From: Octopus sinensis
Taxonomy: Eukaryota
Assembly (NCBI RefSeq): GCF_006345805.1
Contig: NC_042999.1
Coordinates: 51,398,001-51,462,000 of the forward strand
Length of the DNA stretch: 64,000 bases
Direction of reading: 5' to 3'
The position numbers and the translations under genes are program-made. Shown here piece by piece: positions 53,631 to 64,000 of this stretch. Within the stretch, counting starts at the first letter, position 1, and each line of letters opens with the position of its first letter. The notes below the pieces were generated by a model. The model ran no database searches and had not been told where the DNA came from. It worked only from the letters and a program-made list of their open reading frames with translations.

Positions 53631-54026
53631 TCTTTATATATAAAAGTGAAGTTGTGTGTCTGTCTCCTACGATTTAGATTCCTAACTACTCCCACATTTT
53701 GCGGTGCAGTTTAACCAAAACCGGGTATCTTATAGTCGTGATTCATATTGAGCCCCTCTGGGTATTAGCGCGCGTCTACGATGAGCCTACGATTTTAAAA
53801 AAAATTTACCATCATTTTTTTCCATTTTAATGCATTTTTTCGCTATATATAAGGGAAGTAACTCTCTAAAAATGTCTACGATGAGTCAAGGATTAAAAAA
53901 AAAATTACCATCATTTTTTCCCCATTTTTAATGCATTTTTTTGCTATCTTTTGGCTATAACTCTCTAAAAATGCTTATATAGTTATTTCCCTTACAAACC
54001 CGAGCAATGCCGGGCGATACTGCCAG
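53631..54026 (+). mobile_element. Non-autonomous Helitron ~120 bp upstream of the OLA1 start exon
   Basis: Same family as 6343-6736; sits inside a degenerate TGTAACA minisatellite. Confidence 0.8.
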
Positions 54027-55724
54027 TAGAACATAATGTAACAATATTGTAACATTATGATGTAACATATAATGTACCATCATAATAAAACAGTAACTGT
54101 AGACCCAGGGTCGCCCTTACTGAGCAGACATATGGTCAAAGACGTTCCAGTCATGATCATTCTCTCTCTCTCTCTCATTTTTCTTTTACATTTCTGCAAT
54201 GTATGCACAGACATAGCTGTGTGGTTAAGAAGTTTGCTTCCCAACCACACGGCTTCAGGTTCAGTCCCACAACATGGTACCTTGGGCAACTGTCTTCTAC
54301 TATAGCCCTGAACTGAATAAAATCTTGTGAGTGGATTTGTTAAACAGAAACTCAAAAAGGCCCATTGTATCTGTGCCTCTTTGTCTTGTTATTGTGAGAT
54401 AGATATAAACAGGTGTTGCCTTTACATAGGTGGTGTCTTTTGTTTCCAGTTTTCTGTGAAAACACATCCAGTCAAAGGAAAAATACTACCTTGCATGGAC
54501 GAAGATGAGGGTTGACAATAAGAAGGACATCTGACCAAAGAAGGGCATTTGACCAAGGAAAGGCATCTGGTCATAGAAAATCCATCTCAACAAGCATGGA
54601 AAAGCAGCTGTTAAAATGAAGGTGGTGAATACATCCTTACTTTTTACAAGGAGAAATGTTCTTAACAAAATATTCCATTACAAGTGTAAGTTATAGAATA
54701 TTGCAGGTGACACCATTAGGAATGTTGGCTACACAAGATTCCAGAGTTGATGTCAGAAATGAAAGCCATATGTAGACTATATCATCTGACATCAGAAATG
54801 ATGGCTCTAGAATATTGCAGTAGACGGAATTGACAATGATTGTAAGTTGACATTGTATTTGAAATATAACTCTAATTTTAATAATTACTCTGGAAAGAAA
54901 GTGGATAATGGCAAAATTAGTGGAACATCAGACAAAATATGTTGTGGTATTTAGAAGTAACTGTTTACACTCTTGGTTTAATCCTACTGAGCTTAACTTT
55001 GCTTTTTAGCTTCAGAAATACCAGTTGCATAATGGGTTGTGCCAATATTAGAAATCAATAATTATTGCAGGAACATATTCTACACCACCACCACTACCAT
55101 TGTCATCACTTTATAGATTTTCCAAACTGGCACGGACCAGACAGGCTTCACATTCGCAAATTCATCATCATCATCATTTAGCGTCCGCTTTCCATGCTAG
55201 CATGGGTTGGACGGTTCAACTGGGGTCTGGGAAGCCAGAAGGCTGCACCAGACCCAGTCTGATCTGGCAGTGTTTCTACGGCTGGATGCCCTTCCTAACG
55301 CCAACCACTCCATGAGTGTAGTTGGTGCTTTTTACGTGCCACCCGCACAGGTGCCAGACGGGGCTGGCAAACGGCCACGGACGGATGATGCTTTTTACGT
55401 GCCACCGGCACGGGGGCCAGGCGAGGCTGGCAACAGTCACGATCGGATGGTGCTTTTTACGTGCCACCAGCACAGGGGCCAGGCGAGGCTGGCATAAACT
55501 TCTAAAATAAATAAATAAATACCAGTTATTTTCTTTCTAAAGAAAGTATGGAAATGAAATCTTTGCTCAAATATCAGAATCAGCATTTATAAAACCCTCT
55601 AAATCCTTCAAGAGATGTAGCATTGCTATGGGTTTCTGCTACCAATTTTGTTTAGAGTTATATTTTACAGAGTGGACAGCTCCGAGAATTGGAAGATGTT
55701 TCTTAGTTTTCAATTGCTTTGACG

Positions 55725-56030
55725 ATACTGTTGCTGCTGTTGAGCGTAGCAGTCTTCGTCCAGTGGGAGAAGTCCGAAACGTGGTCCTTTGCTATTCGTA
55801 AGACCCGCAGAAGAGAAAGCAGGTCAAACCCTGACACCGAGAGCATCGACGGATGGATGAATGCGCATCCAGGCTCAGCAGTTGCGTAGAAAGTCGGGGA
55901 CAAGAAACAGGAAGAAAGAGTGAGAGAAAGTTGGAGCGAAAGAGTACAACAGGGGTCGCCACCCCACCCCACCCCTGCCGGAGCCTCGTGGAGCTTTTAG
56001 GTGTTTTCGCTCAATAAACACACACACACA
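55725..56030 (-). mobile_element. SINE family C body
   Basis: Shares tgtgtgtttattgagcgaaaaca with 34870-34895. Confidence 0.6.
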
Positions 56031-57844
56031 CAACTGTTGCTGCTTCTGATGCTACTGAAGAATCTTTTTAGCTTACAAATGATGGAACACCCTTAAAGAG
56101 ATTTTCTTTGTAATAAAAACATTCCTGTCTGAAGTCCTTCAGCATCATTATGCCAGGTCATTTACCAAATAAATACTATTCATCATCATTTAACATAATT
56201 TTCAGTATTTGCCATTTCATTAACATCTAAATTCATTGATTCCGAAGGAGGGGATAACTGGTTCCTTTACATGTCTCAAAATAGTTTCTAAAAAAAAAAA
56301 AATCAGTCTTCATTAAAGCTGAATTGTTCTATCATTCAATCTTTGAAAAGGCAAGAGAAGAACATATGAGACATTAATACTTTTTACTTCATTAGGGTGA
56401 CAAGCTGGTAGAATCATTAACACACTGCGCAAAGTGCTTAGCGGTATTTCATCTGTCTTTACGTTCTGAGTTTAAATTTGCCTTTCATTCTTTCAGGGTC
56501 AATAAAATAAGTACCAGTTGTGTATTGGGGTCAATGTATTTGACTTATCTCTCCCCTCAAATTACTGGTCTTGTGCTAAAATTTGAAATCATTATATTTA
56601 ACTTCAATAGCTGTTATTTCCTTTTTAAACATTATTTCAGCTATTTTATCTCAAATCTGCAGTGAAAATTACTATTAGGATCCCAAAATTCTTTAATATT
56701 AGAATTATAGTCAAGAAGATTCATTCTGTATTTTGGTAGAATTAAAATATTTGCAATGGATTTCATCAAAAGGGAAACATTGGTAAATAAATTAGTTTTA
56801 TTCAATGGGCTTCATTAAAAAGCTTATTAATTTCTTGAACATGATTTAAAATTGAATGAAAAAAAAAAAAGAAACAATTTCATACAACTGATCAGCACAG
56901 CAGTTCTACAACCCAAACTTCCAAGTGTCTGGAGAGACACTCAACACCAATTACAAAGAGTAACACACACATCTGAACAGAGGGAATGATGGAACTTCCT
57001 AAATTTCTGATAGAAACTATTGTTGACTTTCTTCCATAACATAAATATTGTCAGTTCTAAAACCCAAACGATTTTTAGTGTTTAATTTCTTTTTTGTTCC
57101 CATTCTATATCTAAACAGTCTACATTTCTCATCATCATCATTTAACGTCCATGTTCCATGGGTGGGACGGTATCACAAGAGCTGGCCAGGCTGAAGCCTC
57201 CACTGGACTTCTGTGACTGTTTTGGCAGGATTTTTACAGCTGGATGCCCTTCCTAACACCAACCACTCAGCAGAGTGGACTTGGTGCATTTTATGTGGCA
57301 CAAGTGAGGTGAGTAGCGCTTCTTATGTGGCACAAGCATAGGTAAGGTTTTTACAGTTGGATGCCCTTTTGAACACCAACCACTTTACAGTGTGGACTGG
57401 ATGCTTTTAAGTGTCACCTGCACTGACAGGGTCACCAAGTACTTGCAAGACAAAAACTTTTAAGAGGGGAGAAGGTATTGGAGGAGGTGATGATGAAAAG
57501 TTTATAGTGAGACATTTACAGGTGTCTTGCTGAAGAGGAAGTTCGAGATTAGCTGGAGAGAGAAAGATCTGGGATGAAGACAGAAACAGGTGTGCAACTG
57601 CAAAGAAAATACACGGAGGCCCAGCCTGAGGGAAGTGGAGATGAGAGAAAGAGAGAGTGAGAGACTGCAGGATGGAGATGGTGGCAAAATGCCGGGCATG
57701 CTCACAGGGAACAGGGATCAGAGCATTATATAAAAACATAAACTCATGAAATGTAGGTACAACTTTTGGTAGTTCTTAACCGAAATATATGACCACTGTA
57801 GAAGCTTGTTAACTGTGATATCAATAGATTCATCAAATAAAACA

Positions 57845-58293
57845 TTAACCCTTTAGTATTCAAACTGAACATATCTGGCCAACATATTCTGCTTTATGTT
57901 CGACCCATCCAGATCTAGTCTTTCAGACCTTCCCTACAATGTTATTTTTAAAATAAACAATATTATCATTGAAATCTCAAAGTTATGGGATAATGTAGGA
58001 CAAAATTAAAACAATGTAAATACATAAACATAACATTTGAGAGAGTATTTTGAATGTTAACCCTTTCGTTACCAACCCGGCTGAAACCGGCTCTGGCTCT
58101 TTAGTACAAATGTCTGGTTTTCAAAAGTTCTGAATTAAATCCTTCCACCAAACCTAAGTCACAATTTATGTCCCTAACTCTAGCTTAATGATAACGATGC
58201 TATTTTACTTAATTCTTTGTTATATTTAAAATAATTGGAAGAAACACTGGGCATCTCAGAATAAATTCAGTAACGAAAGGGTTAAATGATTAA
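57845..58293. mobile_element. Nested TTAA MITEs (inner element 58057-58285)
   Basis: Outer starts ttaaccctttag; inner ttaaccctttcgttac...gtaacgaaagggttaa. Confidence 0.8.
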
Positions 58294-59894
58294 AGTTTTC
58301 AAATGAGTTGATTAGTAAATTGTAAACTAAAATTAACATTCCAGAATTTTCTGAGAGAAAATGGTAAATTTTATTTAAATAGACACATCCCTCTTTACTC
58401 ATACTATCCTCTTCTATGGTTCTCTCCAAACTTCTTCCACCTTGTCTTTCTCAAATTACTATCTTTGGTCCTGATTCTACTTAACCTATTATTAGTTACT
58501 TTTCACTTATCATTATTATTGTTACTATTACATTGTTATAATTATTCTTATTACTCCTCCTCCTCCCTGATCCACCCTTATTTTTTTTCCTTCACTTCAC
58601 CAAACTGATATTTACTGCATCCAACTCAACACCCATTTCTAATTACTTGTCACATTTTCTCCACACTCAACTGCACTTACCTACCCACCCATCTTTTCTG
58701 TTCCCCCCTCTCTCTTATATTCACCTTGTACCTTGACCACACATTTCTCTCTCCCTCTCCATCCAGATGGGGAAGCCATGAATTCTCACCTCTTCAGCAA
58801 CACCCTTATTTCAGTCCCTCAATGATATTTTAATATACATCAATACTATACACCACTCATTTAAGGGGTCTTATCTTGCAAGTACTTGGTGGCCTCACCT
58901 CTGCTGGTGCCAAACACACACACACACAAAGAATTAGCTCCCAATATGCTATGTGAAGTGGTTTGCACAAGGAAGGGCTTCCAGCTACAGAATCCATGCC
59001 AAAGCAGACAGTAGAATTCAATACAGATTTCTAGCATGTCCGTATATGGACTTCATACATTGTGAACTTCATACATTATGAACTTCATAGCAGTGAAAAA
59101 GAGTAGATACGTAGAAGTAGTATATAGCTTCCTTTATTTGGGTGAGCAAGTCAGCAGTAGAGGTGGATACTCCAAGAGCATAGCTACTGGAATAAGAATA
59201 GGCTGGGTGAAGTTAAGAGAGCTACTACCTTTGTTGATAACAAAGGGCCTCTCCCTCACAGTGAAAGGTAAATTGTAAGATGCCCATGTGCAAACAGAGG
59301 ACATGCGAAAGCTTGAAAGAAGTCAAACTAGTATGCTTTGCTGGATGTGCTATGTCAGTGTGCATGTATTACAAAGTGTAACTACCTTGAGAGAAAAACT
59401 GGGCATAAGAGGCATCGGATGTGGTATGCAAGAGAGACAACTGTGCCGGTATGGTCATGTGATGCATATGGATAAGGACAGCTGTGTAAAGAAATGCTGA
59501 TCTCTAATTGTGGAGAGAATCTGTGGAAGAGGTAGATCCAGGAATACATGGGATGAGGTGGGAAAGCCTGATCGCAGAGAAAATAATAACTGATCGAGAC
59601 CTTTGGCAATTTGCTGTGCTTAAGACACATCAAGCCGAGTGAAATCATTGTTTCTGGTGACATGTAAAAGCACCACCTCTGCCATTGACATGCGAGAGGC
59701 ACCTGTGATGGTGACATGTAAAAGGCACCCACTACAATCTTGGAGTGATTGGCATTAGGAAGGGCATTGAGCCATAGAAACCAAGCCAAATCAGATTGGA
59801 ACCAGGTGCAGCTCACTGGCTTACCAGTCCCAGTCAAACTGTTTAACCCATGCCAGTATGGAAAACAGATAATAAGTGATGATGATGATGATAT

Positions 59895-60494
59895 GCAACA
59901 GAACCCCTATAACTCATCGAGTTTCTTGAGGACATTACTCGAATCACTGATTGCGGATCCTGGGTGGATGTCGTTTACCTGGACTTTGCTAAGGCTTTTA
60001 ATTCTGTGCCACACAAAAGACAGCAGCTGACTTGGCAGACACCCATAAAATTATTAACCATCTTACAAACAATAACTCTGAGCACCTTTTCAAACTCCAC
60101 CTGTCTAACACCAGTGGACATGTTTACAAAGTCAGAAAACAGCACAGCTCCCATGACTTTCGGAAACATTTTTTCACGCTAAGAGTTGCTGAAGCATGGA
60201 ACAAACTGCTGGCACCAGTAGTTAGTTGTCGGAGCACTGCATCCTTCAAAACTTCCATGCTTCCTGAGATTCGCCAACACTACACTTGATTTTCTCCCCT
60301 CCATACACACAGAAGCATGTATCTGACTCATACACTGTTCACTTTCCAGACATACACACACAAGCATTATCTGACTCATACACTCTTCACTTCCCAGACA
60401 TTTGTACATTACTGCATATACTTTATACGCACTTTTGACAAGTTGTGGTGCACCTGAGCACTGTATACAATAATTTCATTATTATTATTATTAT
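59895..60494 (+). mobile_element. CR1 LINE with internal deletion
   Basis: VDVVYLDFAKAFNSVPHKR joined directly to AADLADTHK...AWNKL; (ATT)n tail. Confidence 0.85.
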
Positions 60495-61199
60495 ATAAAT
60501 TAGGAACCCCAATATATAAAATGCTAAAAAGCACTAAATATATGTGAAAAACAGTAATTTTCCTGCTAAATGACTGATATTTTCTTACTAAGAATAGAAG
60601 TTACATTTAGCAATAAAACTGCTGTATTGGCAATAATATTCACAACATCTTACAACCCGTCACAGCCCTTCACCATCTGGTACACATCACAACCAGAAAA
60701 ACTGGGGTTCTTGGATTATACAATTGAAAAAGGTCAATTAAGACAGCAGAGGTTCTTCCTCCACATTTTCTCCTCTTCCGTTTACACACACACTATGAAT
60801 GATATAAGAGTTGGGGTAAGTCTTACACTCAATGTACAAAATGCCTTTAGACTCTACCACTATTTAGTTACAAAGCACCAGTGCTGGTGCCACATAAAAA
60901 TAAGCACTCAGTACACTGTAAATTTGTTAGCATTAAGAAGGGCACCCAGCTGTATAAACCCTGCCAAAACATACAATGGAGCCTGGTGCAATTCCTTGGC
61001 AAGATGGATGATGGACATTAAATGATAATGATGATGACAATGATGAACTCAGAATGCAATATCTATTGAACACCAACTGCTTTCTTAAAACAAAATCAAT
61101 TTGGGGGCCACAAGTAGTCTATATATGATGGATGAAATAACTCTAGGAGCAGAGTTAAGACATTAACTTGTAGCAAACTGCTTGATGTGATGAGAAAGT

Positions 61200-61870
61200 G
61201 AATAGTTGTAGACTCTTTTCAGGTACATGGCGCCACTGTCCCCCGTCCCATACCTCCCACACCCTCAGGGTTGGCACACTGAAAGGTAGGTCTGGTAAGA
61301 TTGTTGAGATGCTTGAACGGAGATGTGTCGATATGTGCTGCATCCAAGAAGTAAGGTGGAGAGGAGGGTCCGCCAGGTTCCTCACAGGCAAAGAACACAG
61401 GTACAAGATTTTCTGGGCAGGGAACACTGACGGGGTTGGGGATGTGGGTATACTTCTTGCAGAGAAATGGGTAGATAAGGTAATTGAGGTAATCAGAGTA
61501 TGCGACAGAATACTTAAAACTAGATTAGTGCTCCATCATGGGTTAGCAACCATTATCTCGCCCTATGCCCCTCAGCCAGGGCTACCCGATGAACAGAAAG
61601 GCCGATTCTATGACACCCTCTTGCATACTACCACATTGACGAATGACAGGGACCTTCACTTTGTGGATGGTGACTTCAATGGACATGCCAGTGGCATGTG
61701 TAAAAACATTCGAGCGAGGTCATTGCCAGTACCACGGCACGTAAAAGGGCACCATTCGAGCATGATTGTTACCAACGTCGCCTTACTGGCACCTGTGTAA
61801 AAAGATTTGAGCGAGGTCATTGTCAGTACCGCCTGACTGGCCCCCGTGCCGGTGGCACGTAAAAAGCACC
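61200..61870 (+). mobile_element. RTE APE-endonuclease region fused directly to 3' UTR repeats
   Basis: CCIQEVRWRG...GVGDVGILL...DRI...YAPQ...GDFNGH, then gtgccggtggcacgtaaaaagcacc repeats. Confidence 0.88.
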
Positions 61871-64000
61871 TGGAATGTGGATTCCTGGAAGAGTGTTCTG
61901 GAATTCTTGAAATAAACTTAGTAAGTTATTTGAATTGCAGTAGTAACTCTACCATGGATAGAATAAACTGAATGGTTAATTCCATCCCAAGCACAAATAC
62001 ATAACCAATGCACATATTGGGCTCCTTCCTCACCTTCTCATGTCTTGGACAACAAAGAATTAAGTTAAAATACCCAGTCATGAAGAACGATCCCTGATAC
62101 AAAACTCAAGTGAGAACCCTAACTTAATATAGCTTCTACACTTGGAATGGTGCTGCATATTTTTATCTCATACCCTATGTTATTACCCCCTATGCCATGA
62201 CATGCTACTATAGATGTTATTCTAACTGTTCCCTATTTATACAACCAAAGGCACAACTGTAACTATGAAGGAACCTCTATGTGGTCGGTTTCACTTGCGA
62301 GAAATAGTAGTCAAATCTCCTTTAAATCACACCGTCTTTAAAAATGTAGTCCAAGATATGCAGCGCCAGATGAAAGACAGGATGATCACAGTTGGAATGG
62401 CATTGACTATAGGTTTACTTGATCAAGGCTGGCTGATGGTAAAACGTCATCTGTAACTAATGAGAGTACATTAATTAAAAGTAGATTAGTTTTCCATTTT
62501 TTTTTTAAGAGCAAGTTATCTAAATTTATTTATTTTAAATTATTAAATTTTCATCCTAAATTCTGAATTAAAAATGGTAAACTTTTACTATTACACCTGT
62601 GTCATGTAATAGGAAATAATCACAATTAACTTTGGTGGAGGAATTTTTTTTTTAATTTTCGAATTTCAAAAAAAAAACAAAAACTTTTCTTTAATTTCTG
62701 GATCTTTTTGTTTTTTTTAAATCAATTTAAAATACATACAGGTTGAATTTTTTTTGCTTAAATCCTAACAATGGACCATTAAATGTGTTCGTGGGGAGAA
62801 AAATATTAGAAAAACATTAATACGTCAGTGATAAAGAAACGAGCGAGGTAGGTTGGTTGTGAGATGTGCTAAAAATAAAAGCTAAACAGCCCTTAAACCA
62901 AACACAAAAACTTTTTGTGGGTTGGGGTGGGGGTCATAATCGTATGAATTCCTGCGTGTAGAACATAAATTCGCAAAATTTTTCTGAAATTTCCGAAAGA
63001 TAAAACAGTTATGTAGGGTTGAAGGCGAAGGTGTACTAATGCCTTTATATATATATATATATCGCTCCCCAGACACTACAGTATATGTGATGCTTAAATC
63101 AGAACTCCACGACTTTGGTAATTAAGCCAATTAGACTGTAATTAGGTAAACAACAGAGTTAAACATAGCGAGGATTACCAATGCTTACAGCATGGTGCCA
63201 AGTGAATTACTTAACAACTTCCAAGATAGAAGGAATATTTTTGTTGAAGAACTATTTAATGATTGTGCATAATCACGAGCATCTCAAACAAATATATTCC
63301 GAACAAATTAATTACAAATAATAATAATAATCCTTTCTAGGCACAGACTCTGAAATTTGTAGGCAGTGGGTAGTAGATTACACGATCCCAGTGCGTTATT
63401 GGTATTTATTTCATCGATCTCCAACGAACGAACGACAAAGTCGACATCGGCGGAATTTGAACTCAGAACGTAAGAAGTCGGAAGAAATGCCGCTGCGTAT
63501 TTCGATCGGCATATTGACGAGTCTGCTAGTTTGCCGAATCTGTTTAAAAAGTTGCATCATCAACAACACTGATAGAGTTTGACGATGCATAAATAAATAA
63601 ATAAATAAAAAAAATTATATGGAGTAAAATAATTATTTGATGCAAGTATAATTGTTGGTGGAAGTAGTTTAAGAAAAACCAACCAAGTTAAGTATTGGGT
63701 AGATCCCAACTTTAACCATATTAAGTCAACATGGGTAAGGAACACACAATTGAAATTGATCAATGCGGAATTGTTTACGGATGGAGGTAGGGCTTGGTGT
63801 TAAATCATTGATATATCAAGTTGGCAGCCGTGAAATAACAGAAAATAAAGTAATCTAGCAGATACACACGTGTTAGGAAAGGATGCCAGAATAACAAGGT
63901 ACTATAATACATTCATCGTCTTGTTATATAAAATATATATATAAGTATATACAAATACGATTTCATTTGTGCAGGGATCTATTATTAAATGAACACCACC

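Overview
Eukaryotic (animal) genomic DNA: AT-rich, microsatellite-rich and dominated by repeats. The repeat families look like those of an octopod cephalopod (inference). One complete protein-coding gene can be assembled by hand: OLA1 (Obg-like ATPase 1/YchF) on the minus strand, with 11 coding exons from 53512 to 26873, all GT-AG introns in consistent phase, 1188 nt and 395 aa. Its non-coding first exon is not firmly located. A CpG-retaining block at ~18.9-21.5 kb probably holds the promoter and 5' exons of a second, unidentified minus-strand gene. The rest is nested transposable elements: RTE, CR1, R4-like and Penelope-like retroelements, two Gypsy-type LTR relics, Tc1/mariner relics, TTAA MITEs, Helitrons and several tRNA-derived SINE families. 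The most interesting signals are RNA structures inside mobile elements: a tRNA-headed element carrying a hammerhead-ribozyme core next to Penelope RT, an LTR element whose primer-binding position is complementary to its own LTR (possible self-priming), tandem pseudoknot-like modules in an RTE 3' UTR, and a SINE insertion that captured ~105 bp from just downstream of OLA1. Repeat boundaries are approximate unless target-site duplications are cited.
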